Below are positions 43,727 through 53,763 of a DNA stretch of 64,000 nucleotides, in pieces. Source of the DNA: Bdellovibrionales bacterium (GTDB taxonomy: Bacteria; Bdellovibrionota; Bdellovibrionia; Bdellovibrionales; JAUICD01). Position 1 is the stretch's first letter; every line of letters starts with the position of its first letter. Both the position numbers and the translations under genes were made by a program. Under the pieces are notes generated by a model. That model searched no databases. It was not told where the DNA came from and saw only the letters and a list, made by a program, of their open reading frames with translations. The stretch lies in contig OZ253553.1 of NCBI GenBank assembly GCA_965262715.1, positions 2,080,001 to 2,144,000 of the forward strand, written 5' to 3'.

Positions 43727-44836
43727 TTATAAAAGACTAGAAAAATAATGCAAAACTGATGGGCTTGACCAATTTGCTGTTGAAGCCACTTTTCTAATTA
43801 ACTTATGTTCCTGATTTAGAATATAACTTTCAGGCAACTTCCAAGTACCCCATTTTTTTGCTAGCCCCTGCCCTAAGTCATGCAAAACAACAACATTAGG
43901 AGTGGATACTTCAAAAGCTTTTATAAAATTGATAATATCCTTTTTATTATCATCCATAGAAATAGCTAAAATTTTCACTTGACCTTGAAACTCATCAACA
44001 AGTTCCAACATAGATCCAAATTCTTCCACACAAGGAGCACACCAAGTTGCCCAAAAATTTACAATTGTGATATCTCCTCTAAATTCAGATAAAGACACTA
44101 AACGATCATCTGTCACACTGGGAAGTGTAAAATCTGACGCACCAAACTGTTCTAATCGAGATAAGACATCTTGACTATCATTTGGAATGTTTTCCTCTTG
44201 ACAAGAGCGGACAATAAATAAAGCTGCCACAATCAGAGCTATCAAAATAAGACCTATAAACCAATAACGTTTGACTTTTTCTAATAAGCCAGTATGAGCA
44301 GGCTTTGAAGGTGCTTGCTTAGAAATAGATACATCTTCTTTAACTTCTACTTCCTTAGCTTCTTTTATTGTTTTAACCTCAGTCTTTTTGGCATCTATTG
44401 GTTTTTTAGATACATCATCCACTTTCTTTGTCTTCTTATCCAAATCTTTTTTCTGATCTCGTGTCAAAATTAAATCTGGTTCTACCCATTCAATAAAAGC
44501 CATAGAAGCATTATCTCCAACACGCTCAGCACATTTGACAATACGAGTGTAACCTCCACTACGATCAAGAAACTTAGGCGCTAATCTATTTACAACATCT
44601 GATATTAATGCTTTATCAGGATATTTGGATAAAAGCCGCCGGTAAGAATTCAGATCTTTTCTCTTACCTAAGGTGATCACCCGGTCAGCATGCCTTTTCA
44701 ACTCCTTAGCTTTAGCTAAAGTTGTTTTAATACGTCCATACTTTATCAAAGAAAAAACTAGATTCTTTAATACAGCCTTTTTTTGATTATAACTGTGACC
44801 AAAACTTTTGCGGCCTACTAAAACTCTATGTCTCAT
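43727..44836 (-). CDS. rplQ: 50S ribosomal protein L17 fused to a TM helix and TlpA/ResA thioredoxin domain
   Basis: aa 1-118 L17 (MRHR, IKTTLAKAKEL, RSGGYTRIVK, R.GDNA.MA.IE); Lys/Glu linker; TM aa ~192-209; VNFWATWCAPC (C266/C269), ISMD, LPESYIL. Confidence 0.92.
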   Translation of the reverse strand: MRHRVLVGRKSFGHSYNQKKAVLKNLVFSLIKYGRIKTTLAKAKELKRHADRVITLGKRKDLNSYRRLLSKYPDKALISDVVNRLAPKFLDRSGGYTRIVKCAERVGDNASMAFIEWVEPDLILTRDQKKDLDKKTKKVDDVSKKPIDAKKTEVKTIKEAKEVEVKEDVSISKQAPSKPAHTGLLEKVKRYWFIGLILIALIVAALFIVRSCQEENIPNDSQDVLSRLEQFGASDFTLPSVTDDRLVSLSEFRGDITIVNFWATWCAPCVEEFGSMLELVDEFQGQVKILAISMDDNKKDIINFIKAFEVSTPNVVVLHDLGQGLAKKWGTWKLPESYILNQEHKLIRKVASTANWSSPSVLHYFSSLL

Positions 44837-44885
44837 TTTATTTATCTCGTTACTTTACTGATTTTGCCTGTCTATATCTCATAAC

Positions 44886-46067
44886 TTAACTAGGGGTTTG
44901 ATTTGGATCTTGGCCCTGCCCCTGGCCCTGCCCCTGGCCCTGGCCACCATCATGTCCTTGTTGATTTTGATTAATGTCATCATAGTTATAATGACTGAAT
45001 TCATTGGCTTTACTACGCATATCTGAGGCGTTTTGTCTCATCTTCATTGCCATATCATGATGTTCCATAACTTCAGGAGAAGGAGGCCATCCCTCAATCC
45101 TCATCCCTAATTCTAAATTCATATTTGATAATATCTCTCTAATTTCATTTAAAGATTTCCTACCAAAATTCTTTGTCTTTAACATCTCTGCCTCAGATTT
45201 TGTCACAAGCTCTCCAATATAACGAATATTAGCATTTTTTAAGCAATTTGCACTTCTTACAGAAAGCTCTAAGTCATCTACTGATCTAAATAAGTTTTGA
45301 TTTAACTCAGGAACAGATACCTCTTTAACATATTCTTTTGCTTCTGAAGCTTCATCAAAATTAATAAAAACTTGAACCTGTTCTTTTATTATTTTAGCAG
45401 CTAAAGTACATGCCTCATCTGGCTTTAAAGATTTATCTGTCCAAACTTCTAATGTAAGCTTATCATAATCTGTCCTCTGTCCAACTCGAGCATTGTCAAC
45501 ATAGTAATTCACTCGACGAATAGGACTATACAAGCTATCTACAGCAATAAACCCTACTGGTAAATCTATCTTCTGATCAGAGAATAAAACATAGCCCCTA
45601 CCAAACTTACAAAGAATCTCTGCGTTAAACTTTCCATTTTGTCCTAATGTGCATATATGTTGCTCTGGATTAATAATAGAAATTTTATCTGTTTCTTGAA
45701 TATCCGACGCAGTTACATTGCCAGGTCCAATCTTACTGATTTTTAAAGTAACAGGCTCAGAAGTGTACTGACGAAACCTCACCTCTTTTAAATTTAAAAT
45801 AATATCAGTGACATCTTCTAAAACATCAGGAATAGTTGTAAATTCATGTAAAACTCCATCAAATCTTACAGCGGCAACAGCTGACCCCATCATAGAACTT
45901 AATAAAACTCTTCTAAGAGAATTCCCCAAAGTGACACCATAACCCCTCTCTAAAGGACTGATCACAAATTTTCCATAACTATCAGTCAGTGTGTCATTAT
46001 CCACATGAAAAGACTTTGGTTTAATAAGCTTCTTCCAAAATTGATTATAATGTTCTTGAATTTCCAT
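44886..46067 (-). CDS. rpoA: RNA polymerase alpha subunit with C-terminal extension
   Basis: PLERGYGVTLGNSLRRVLLSS, ELSVRSANCLK, NFGRKSLNEI. Confidence 0.99.
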   Translation of the reverse strand: MEIQEHYNQFWKKLIKPKSFHVDNDTLTDSYGKFVISPLERGYGVTLGNSLRRVLLSSMMGSAVAAVRFDGVLHEFTTIPDVLEDVTDIILNLKEVRFRQYTSEPVTLKISKIGPGNVTASDIQETDKISIINPEQHICTLGQNGKFNAEILCKFGRGYVLFSDQKIDLPVGFIAVDSLYSPIRRVNYYVDNARVGQRTDYDKLTLEVWTDKSLKPDEACTLAAKIIKEQVQVFINFDEASEAKEYVKEVSVPELNQNLFRSVDDLELSVRSANCLKNANIRYIGELVTKSEAEMLKTKNFGRKSLNEIREILSNMNLELGMRIEGWPPSPEVMEHHDMAMKMRQNASDMRSKANEFSHYNYDDINQNQQGHDGGQGQGQGQGQGQDPNQTPS

Positions 46068-46265
46068 AGAAATCTCCCTAAACTTTAAAACCCTTTATAT
46101 TACATAAAAGACTATAAAAAATAAACCACCCCTTATTAATACACACCCTCTATTTAAATTGTCCCTTTACTTTTCAAAAAACCTATGTGACATCTGCAGA
46201 TCCTTGTCATTTCACTATTTCTTTCTCAAACTTATGTTAGAAAATTATCATTTATACACTTTATC

Positions 46266-46892
46266 TTATCTAGAGTAAAACTCTACAATCATATTTTCTG
46301 CAATGGATAAGGTAATTTGATCCCTTTCAGGTAATCTTCTTACCCCACCTCTAAAACTTTTATGTTCTACTGATAACCAACCTGGTATTTCACGATTCTT
46401 TGCAGATTCCATAGATACTAAAATTTTAGCCTTATCTCTGCTTTTTTCCCGAACTTCTAAAGTATCACCTACTTTTAATAATAAACTTGGAATATTTACA
46501 CGTTTTGTATTTACTAAAAAATGATTATGCCGAATCAATTGCTTAGCTTCTCTTCGACTAGAAGCGTAACCTAAATTATACACTACATTATCTAAACGCA
46601 TCTCTAACTGTCTTAAAAAATTAAGTCCCGTATCTCCTTTCATTCTATTTGCATTATAATAATACCTTCTAAATTGTTTTTCAAAAACTCCATAATACCT
46701 ACGCACTTTTTGTTTTTCTCTTAACTGTAGTGAAAACTCAGAAAATTTTAGTCTCTTTTGACCTGCCTGTCCAGGAGGATAAGGACGTCTCTCATAAGCG
46801 CATTTATCTGTGTAACAACGAGTGCTCTTTAGAAAAAGCTTTTGCCCTTCTCTGCGACATAATCTACAAACACTTTCAATAATCTTACTCAC
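46266..46892 (-). CDS. rpsD: 30S ribosomal protein S4
   Basis: CRLCRREG, LREKQK, LEMRLDNVVY. Confidence 0.99.
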   Translation of the reverse strand: MSKIIESVCRLCRREGQKLFLKSTRCYTDKCAYERRPYPPGQAGQKRLKFSEFSLQLREKQKVRRYYGVFEKQFRRYYYNANRMKGDTGLNFLRQLEMRLDNVVYNLGYASSRREAKQLIRHNHFLVNTKRVNIPSLLLKVGDTLEVREKSRDKAKILVSMESAKNREIPGWLSVEHKSFRGGVRRLPERDQITLSIAENMIVEFYSR

Positions 46893-46924
46893 TCAGTCTC
46901 TCCCCTATTCTTATAAAAACAATT

Positions 46925-47308
46925 TTAAACTCTTCTGCGTTTCGGAGGGCGACACCCATTATGAGGAACAGGTGTGGTATCTCTTATAGTCAGTATTTTT
47001 AATCCCAAATTAGCAATAGAGCGAACAGCAGGTTCTCGACCTGCGCCTGCTCCTTTTAAAATCACATCCGCAGACTGCATACCATGATCCATTGCTAACT
47101 TAATCGCATCTTCTGTGGCCATTTGAGCGGCAAAAGCTGTCCCTTTCCGGCTACCTTTGAATCCAAGTTTCCCTGCGCTTGACCAACAAATAGTCCCACC
47201 ATTGACATCTGCTACAGTAATAATAGTGTTAGAAAAACCAGATTGAATATAAACTTTTCCAATAGGTGTAGCTTCTCTTTTAGATCTTTTCTTTACAGGT
47301 TTACTCAT
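46925..47308 (-). CDS. rpsK: 30S ribosomal protein S11
   Basis: [27 protein letters not shown]. Confidence 0.99.
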   Translation of the reverse strand: MSKPVKKRSKREATPIGKVYIQSGFSNTIITVADVNGGTICWSSAGKLGFKGSRKGTAFAAQMATEDAIKLAMDHGMQSADVILKGAGAGREPAVRSIANLGLKILTIRDTTPVPHNGCRPPKRRRV

Positions 47309-47318
47309 TTATTATTCC

Positions 47319-47696
47319 TTATTTAGTAGCAGTCTTTTTATTGGCAACAGTCTTTTTTGCTCCCTTACGAGTTCTGCAATTCGTCCTTGTATTTTGTCCT
47401 CTAACAGTTAACCCCTTTTTATGACGTATACCTCTATAACAGTTTAAGTCCATAAGTCGCTTTTTAGCCATGGACGTTTCTTGCCTTAAATCTCCTTCAA
47501 TTTTATAAGAACCTTGAAGAAGGTTTCTGATTTTTGCCACATCATGATCTGTTAAATCATCCGTCCTCAATGAAGATTTAATCTTTAATTCCTGACATAT
47601 TTTCTCAGATGTCTTTCGACCTATTCCATGTAAATAAGTTAAGGCAACAACAACTCTTTTGCTTTTAGGTAAATCAACACCACTTATTCTTGCCAT
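47319..47696 (-). CDS. rpsM: 30S ribosomal protein S13
   Basis: [30 protein letters not shown]. Confidence 0.99.
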   Translation of the reverse strand: MARISGVDLPKSKRVVVALTYLHGIGRKTSEKICQELKIKSSLRTDDLTDHDVAKIRNLLQGSYKIEGDLRQETSMAKKRLMDLNCYRGIRHKKGLTVRGQNTRTNCRTRKGAKKTVANKKTATK

Positions 47697-47714
47697 TTAA
47701 AACCCTCATTCGCT

Positions 47715-48716
47715 TCACTCAAAATAAACTGGCCTCTGTTTCACTAAAAATGAACCAGCCTCTGGCTGTTTTTGGATAGTCAGCCTGAAGACTCGCGTCT
47801 TCAAGAAAATGCTGACTATCTCAAAAATCCGTTCATTTTTAGTAAGGAGACTCCCTTCGTTCTTTTACATCATGTTAAGGAAATCTTTTTCTTTATTTTC
47901 TATCTTCCCTACTACCTCTTCCCCTTACAAATTATCCCAAATCTTTATTATAGCTCGTAAAAAATTGATGTTTTAAGTTAAAGACGAGATCTTCCGCAGA
48001 GTGATCGCCACCAAAGCGATCACTCGAGGACTTCGAGGCTTGACTTAAAATATCAATTTTCTGCTCTTTCAAAGATTTTTTCCCTGTTTTTTCTAAAAAA
48101 ATAACCATAATCTAACCTTGCCTCTGCTTATGTTTAGGGTTCTCACAAATAACCCGAATTACTGTCTCACTAAAAATGAACCAGCCTCTGGCTGTTTTTG
48201 GATAGTCAGACTGAAGACTCGCGTCTTCAAGAAAATGCTGACTATCTCAAAAATCTGTTCATTTTTAGTAAACAGATACTCCCCACCTTTTAACATCATG
48301 TTAAGGAAATCCTTAACCTATTCTCACTAAAAATGCCTCTTGCCTCTGGCAACTTTCTGGCAATGACCCCGACGGCTAAAGCCCTCGGCAAATAGGTCAT
48401 CGCCTAGAAAGAATAAGGCATTTTTACTAAGGAGAAACTCCTCATTCTTTTAAACCATGTTAAGGAAACTTCCTCCTTACAAATCACTCTAAATCTTTAT
48501 TATAGCTCGTAAAAAATTGATGTTTTAAGTTAAAGACGAGATCTTCCGCAGAGTGATCGCCACCAAAGCGATCACTCGAGGACTTCGAGGCTTGACTTAA
48601 AACATCAACTTTCTGCTCTTTCAAAGATTTTTTCCCTGTTTTTTCTAAAAAAATAACCATAATCTAACCTTGCCTCTGCTTATGTTTAGGGTTCTCACAA
48701 ATAACCCGAATTAGCT
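47715..48716 (+). repeat. Mosaic of family-A and B elements and rpmJ 3' fragments (552-bp period)
   Basis: Stub 47715-47737; A at 47738, 48164 and 48320; B at ~47962-48059 and ~48514-48610; rpmJ 3' fragments at 48112 and 48664. Confidence 0.92.
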
Positions 48717-49628
48717 GTCTCACTAAAAACGAACCAGCCTCTGGCTGTTTTTGGATAGTCAGACTGAAGACTTGCGTCTTCAAGAAAATGCTGACTATCT
48801 CAAAAATCTGTTCATTTTTAGTAAACAGATACTCCCCACCTTTTAACATCATGTTAAGGAAATCCTTAACTGATTTTTATCTTTCTCCTCGTTTAACCTT
48901 GCCTCTGCTTATGTTTAGGGTTCTCACAAATAACCCGAATTACTGTCTCACTAAAAATGAACCAGCCTCTGGCTGTTTTTGGATAGTCAGACTGAAGACT
49001 TGCGTCTTCAAGAAAATGCTGACTATCTCAAAAATCTGTTCATTTTTAGTAAACAGATACTCCCCACCTTTTAACATCATGTTAAGGAAATCCTTAACTG
49101 ATTTTTATCTTTCTCCTCGTTTAACCTTGCCTCTGCTTATGTTTAGGGTTCTCACAAATAACCCGAATTACTGTCTCACTAAAAATGAACCAGCCTCTGG
49201 CTGTTTTTGGATAGTCAGACTGAAGACTTGCGTCTTCAAGAAAATGCTGACTATCTCAAAAATCTGTTCATTTTTAGTAAACAGATACTCCCCACCTTTT
49301 AACATCATGTTAAGGAAATCCTTAACTGATTTTTATCTTTCTCCTCGTTTAACCTTGCCTCTGCTTATGTTTAGGGTTCTCACAAATAACCCGAATTACT
49401 GTCTCACTAAAAATGAACCAGCCTCTGGCTGTTTTTGGATAGTCAGACTGAAGACTTGCGTCTTCAAGAAAATGCTGACTATCTCAAAAATCTGTTCATT
49501 TTTAGTAAACAGATACTCCCCACCTTTTAACATCATGTTAAGGAAATCCTTAACTGATTTTTATCTTTCTCCTCGTTTAACCTTGCCTCTGCTTATGTTT
49601 AGGGTTCTCACAAATAACCCGAATTACT
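48717..49628 (+). repeat. 4 x 228-bp tandem array (family A + spacer + last 52 bp of rpmJ)
   Basis: Units start at 48717, 48945, 49173 and 49401, each after CT; the last unit runs into intact rpmJ. Confidence 0.97.
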
Positions 49629-49690
49629 CCAGATCTTTTGATGATTTTGCATTTATTACAAATAGGTTTAACAGATGGCCTTACTTTCAT
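49577..49690 (-). CDS. rpmJ: 50S ribosomal protein L36
   Basis: My translation: [37 protein letters not shown] (37 aa, below the ORF-track cutoff); SD aagga upstream. Confidence 0.98.
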   Translation of the reverse strand: MKVRPSVKPICNKCKIIKRSGVIRVICENPKHKQRQG

Positions 49691-49806
49691 CACTAAAATA
49701 TCCTTTAAAAATAACCTAAGCTAAAAAATGTAACATAAAAAATCTTAAAATGACAAGCTTTTATATTTGCAATCTTCTACATTTTTGCAGTATAAAAACC
49801 ATTTTC

Positions 49807-50475
49807 CTAAATATCATTCATCTCATTTGTTTTAATTGTAATAAAAGGTTTCTCAATTCGAGCAAAAACAGCTTCTTCACTGCCTTCCCCATTTACCTCT
49901 AATAAAAGTCCATTTTTTTTATAATACTCAATCAAAGGAGCTGTCTTTTCAATATACACCTCTAATCTCGTTTTTACAACCACTTCACTGTCATCACTTC
50001 TTTGAAAAAGTAGACCTCCACAATGAGTGCAATTGTTGTCTTTTGAAGATACATCATCCACATGAAAAATAGCTTCACAAACTCTACAAATACGCCGGCT
50101 TGTTAAACGGTGCACCAAGACTTCATGAGGAACAGTTAAAAAAATAGCCTTTTCCAAAGTAATACGTTTTTCTTCCAATAAATGAGATAGTCCATTAGCT
50201 TGTGCTATTGTTCTTGGGAAACCGTCCAATACAAATCCCTTAGATATATCTAAGTGCTCAAAAACTTTATAAAATAGTTCTAAAACAATGAGGTCTGGTA
50301 CATATTGGCCTGCATTAATGTATTTTTTAGCCTTCTGACTCCAACTAGAATTCTCCTTTAAATATTTACGGAAAAGACCCCCTGTAGAAATATGATGTAT
50401 TCCATATTTTTTAGTTAAATTGGCAGATTGAGTGCCTTTACCTGCACCTGGAGGACCAAAAAGGAGTATCTTCAA
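49807..50475 (-). CDS. adk: Adenylate kinase
   Basis: GPPGAGKGTQ, LDGFPRT, zinc LID motif, QRSDD. Confidence 0.98.
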   Translation of the reverse strand: MKILLFGPPGAGKGTQSANLTKKYGIHHISTGGLFRKYLKENSSWSQKAKKYINAGQYVPDLIVLELFYKVFEHLDISKGFVLDGFPRTIAQANGLSHLLEEKRITLEKAIFLTVPHEVLVHRLTSRRICRVCEAIFHVDDVSSKDNNCTHCGGLLFQRSDDSEVVVKTRLEVYIEKTAPLIEYYKKNGLLLEVNGEGSEEAVFARIEKPFITIKTNEMNDI

Positions 50476-51776
50476 TATTGCACCCTTCTACTCTTGATCT
50501 TATAACCCTTAATAAAGCCGTCATATTGCACATTTAAAAGATGAGATTGCACTTGTTGCATAAAATCTAAACCTACACCAACTAAAATAAGCAAACTTGT
50601 CCCACCAAAATAAAATGGGATTCCAATTTGATTACTTAAAAGCCCTGGCAAAATACAAACAGCACTCAAGTAAACAGCCCCTGCTGTATTGACACGGTTT
50701 AATACTTTTTGAATATAATCTGAGGTGTGCTTGCCTGCTCTAATACCAGGGATAAAACCACCATGTTTTTTTAAATTCTCGGCAACATCATTAGGCTTAA
50801 ATACAATCTCAGCATAAAAAAAGCAAAAAAAGACAATCAATGCTATAAACAAAATATTGTAAATAGACCCTGAAGGCTGAAAAGAATCTCTTAAATTAGC
50901 TATGATCTCATTATTCGTAAAACTTGCTAACGTTGCAGGTAACATCAATAAGCTACTGGCAAAAATGGGAGGAATAACCCCTGAAAAGTTAATTTTTAAT
51001 GGTAAATGAGTCGTTTGCCCACCCATACGAGTAGCTCTTTGTGAATATTGAATAGGGATACGCCTTTGAGCTACCTCCATCCAAATGATATATCCTATCA
51101 CTCCCAACATAAATAATAAAAGAATCAACATAAATAAAGCAGTCATCTGTCCTTGTTGCACAAGATTGATCATAGAAACAAATCCACTAGGAATATCAGC
51201 AGCAATTCCAGCAAAAATAATCAATGAAGCTCCATTGCCAATACCCTTTTCTGTGATCTGCTCCGCAAGCCACATAATGAAACATGTACCAGCTGTTAGA
51301 GTGATAACAGTCATTAATTCAAAAGGAACCAACCCCACATTTGGTGAATTCACAAGAGGTATGCCAGCCTGTGTTGTTTGGCTTTTGATAAAAGTGCTCA
51401 TGCCATAGCCCTGAATAATAGCTAACAGCACCGTGCCATAACGCGTATACTGATTGATTTTCTTTTGACCTTGTTGCCCTTCTTTTTTTAACTGCTCTAA
51501 GTAAGGAACAACCGCTCCTAAAAGCTGAAAAATAATAGAGCTAGAAATATAAGGCATGATTCCAAGAGCAAAAACCGAAAAACTCTCTAATGCCCCACCT
51601 GTAAAAGTGTTTAATAAACCAAAGATGCCAGCACTTTGTACAATGAACTCTCCAACAGCACTATTGTCTGCGCCTGGAGTGGGCACATGAACACCAATCC
51701 TGTAAATAACTAATATCCATAAAGTGAAAAGCAGCCTTTTTCTCAAAGCTTCATTTCTAAGCAGCCCTTCTATCAT
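50472..51776 (-). CDS. secY: Preprotein translocase SecY
   Basis: FALGIMPYISSSII, GIGNGASLIIF, FIPGIRAG, GGTSLLI.VGV. Confidence 0.99.
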   Translation of the reverse strand: MIEGLLRNEALRKRLLFTLWILVIYRIGVHVPTPGADNSAVGEFIVQSAGIFGLLNTFTGGALESFSVFALGIMPYISSSIIFQLLGAVVPYLEQLKKEGQQGQKKINQYTRYGTVLLAIIQGYGMSTFIKSQTTQAGIPLVNSPNVGLVPFELMTVITLTAGTCFIMWLAEQITEKGIGNGASLIIFAGIAADIPSGFVSMINLVQQGQMTALFMLILLLFMLGVIGYIIWMEVAQRRIPIQYSQRATRMGGQTTHLPLKINFSGVIPPIFASSLLMLPATLASFTNNEIIANLRDSFQPSGSIYNILFIALIVFFCFFYAEIVFKPNDVAENLKKHGGFIPGIRAGKHTSDYIQKVLNRVNTAGAVYLSAVCILPGLLSNQIGIPFYFGGTSLLILVGVGLDFMQQVQSHLLNVQYDGFIKGYKIKSRRVQY

Positions 51777-51817
51777 AAAATGATCCCTGTAGCCATCATA
51801 AGCCTTGCCTTTCTTAT

Positions 51818-52330
51818 CTATCTATCTTTTTTTTCTTCTTTTCCTTTTATTTTCTTGACCACTCTTCTTATAGCAACGCCTCCAGCATCTTTAATAATAG
51901 ACTCTGCCGCTAAACTAAAGGCATCTGCTTCTATATGAAAAGCCCGCTTCAATTCGCTTTTACCCTTTAAGATTTTGATAGGTTGATTCTGCTTTCTAAT
52001 CAACCGAAGTGCTTTTAAAATAGAAGGAGTTATTTTATAAATATCTCCATTAGACTTAAGACCTGCCACTGGCAAATCTGCAACTTTGTCTAAAGAGACA
52101 ATTTGAAATTTGATCTTAGAAATAGGAGTAAAACCAAATTTAGGCAACCTCTGCCAAAGAGGCATTTGCCCTCCTTCAAAAGTAGCCCTACTTGAGCTGC
52201 CTGAACGCGACTTTTGCCCATTATAACCACGAGCTGCTGTTGTACCCCAACCAGAACTATTTCCTCGCCCTATCCTTTTTTTTCTAAAAGTAGACTTCTT
52301 CATAGGTCTTAATTCAGAAAGCAATGACAT
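51818..52330 (-). CDS. rplO: 50S ribosomal protein L15
   Basis: KRIGRG.SSG.G.T..RG..GQKSRSG, FEGGQMPL..RLPKFGF. Confidence 0.97.
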   Translation of the reverse strand: MSLLSELRPMKKSTFRKKRIGRGNSSGWGTTAARGYNGQKSRSGSSSRATFEGGQMPLWQRLPKFGFTPISKIKFQIVSLDKVADLPVAGLKSNGDIYKITPSILKALRLIRKQNQPIKILKGKSELKRAFHIEADAFSLAAESIIKDAGGVAIRRVVKKIKGKEEKKDR

Positions 52331-52357
52331 TATTTTTTACCTACCCATTTGTTATTA

Positions 52358-52558
52358 TTAATTCTTACATACACTCACATCTAAAAGATGTTGTACCTTT
52401 AATACCTGTCCTCTTAAAGATGGAGCATCTAAAAAAACTCTTTGAGAACCTATTTTCTTCAAACCTAAACAACGCACAGTTTCTTTTTGCTTCTTTGTAC
52501 AACCTATTGTGCTTTTTATAAGCTTGATTTTAAAAGATTTCTTATCACTTTGTACCAT
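52358..52558 (-). CDS. rpmD: 50S ribosomal protein L30
   Basis: IKLIKS.IG...KQ.ETV..LGL.KI; position between rpsE and rplO. Confidence 0.95.
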   Translation of the reverse strand: MVQSDKKSFKIKLIKSTIGCTKKQKETVRCLGLKKIGSQRVFLDAPSLRGQVLKVQHLLDVSVCKN

Positions 52559-52576
52559 TTTGCATTTCCTATTTTC

Positions 52577-53059
52577 TTATAAATGAGCCACTCCACGTTC
52601 TTTTATGACTTCATCTGCATCTCTAAGCTGCTGCAAACCTTGAATTGTAGCTCTGACCGCTGCATGAGGATTTCTTGTTCCAACACACTTTGTTAAAATA
52701 TTTCTTACACCAGCTACCTCTAAAACAGCCCTTACAGCACCTCCCGCAATCACTCCTGTTCCTGACATAGCAGGAAACATAATGATCTTAGCCACACCAT
52801 ACTTACCAATCACCTCATGCGGAATTGTACCCTTTTCAACAAGCACTTTATAGCAATTGTTCTTAGCAGCCCTTCCTGCTTTACCAATAGCTACAGGTAC
52901 TTCACTGGCTTTTCCAAGACCAAAGCCAATCTCTCCATTTTTATTGCCTATAACAACAAGAGCTGAAAAAGAAAACCTACGACCTCCTTTTACAACCTTG
53001 GCAACACGATTAATGCTCACTACACGTTCTTCAAATTCTTGTGTTGTTTCACTTGCCAC
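52577..53059 (-). CDS. rpsE: 30S ribosomal protein S5
   Basis: [19 protein letters not shown]; start moved to GTG 53059 (SD aagggg) because the track start lies inside a family-A element. Confidence 0.97.
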   Translation of the reverse strand: MASETTQEFEERVVSINRVAKVVKGGRRFSFSALVVIGNKNGEIGFGLGKASEVPVAIGKAGRAAKNNCYKVLVEKGTIPHEVIGKYGVAKIIMFPAMSGTGVIAGGAVRAVLEVAGVRNILTKCVGTRNPHAAVRATIQGLQQLRDADEVIKERGVAHL

Positions 53060-53073
53060 GAAAACCCCTTTCT

Positions 53074-53763
53074 GTTTCACTAAAATGCATCTCGCCTCTG
53101 GCGATTTTCTGGCGGTCAGCCTGAAGGTTCACAACTTCAGCAAGTAGCTGACTGCCTAGAAAACCTGATGCATTTTAGTAAGGAGAATCTCCTCATTATC
53201 TAACATCATGTTAAGGAAATCTTTTTATCTTCATTCCCTTATCTTTTTAGTTAGTATCTCCTATTCTTTTCCTTATAAACTTCTTAAAACTTTAACCCCA
53301 CCTGTTTCACTAAAATGCATCTCGCCTCTGGCGATTTTCTGGCGGTCAGCCTGAAGGTTCACAACTTCAGCAAGTAGCTGACTGCCTAGAAAACCTGATG
53401 CATTTTAGTAAGGAGAATCTCCTCATTATCTAACATCATGTTAAGGAAATCTTTTTATCTTCATTCCCTTATCTTTTTAGTTAGTATCTCCTATTCTTTT
53501 CCTTATAAACTTCTTAAAACTTTAACCCCACCTGTTTCACTAAAATGCATCTCGCCTCTGGCGATTTTCTGGCGGTCAGCCTGAAGGTTCACAACTTCAG
53601 CAAGTAGCTGACTGCCTAGAAAACCTGATGCATTTTAGTAAGGAGAATCTCCTCATTATCTAACATCATGTTAAGGAAATCTTTTTATCTTCATTCCCTT
53701 ATCTTTTTAGTTAGTATCTCCTATTCTTTTCCTTATAAACTTCTTAAAACTTTAACCCCACCT
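53074..53763 (+). repeat. 3 x 230-bp tandem array (family A + spacer + last 20 bp of rplR)
   Basis: Units start at 53074, 53304 and 53534, each after CT, and each ends in ttaaaactttaaccccacct (rplR 3' end). Confidence 0.97.

Noticed and set aside
48717..49628. Possible CRISPR array (also 53074-53763)
   Set aside because: Units are 228-230 bp with identical intervening sequence, not unique spacers; no cas genes in the window.
48788..49696. 302-aa repetitive ORF on +
   Set aside because: By-product of the 228-bp (76-codon) repeat; antisense to rpmJ.
53060..53080. N-terminal extension MKQKGVF on S5 (and similar track extensions on S8, S14, L5)
   Set aside because: Better downstream starts exist, most with SD sequences; the S5 track start lies inside an A element.
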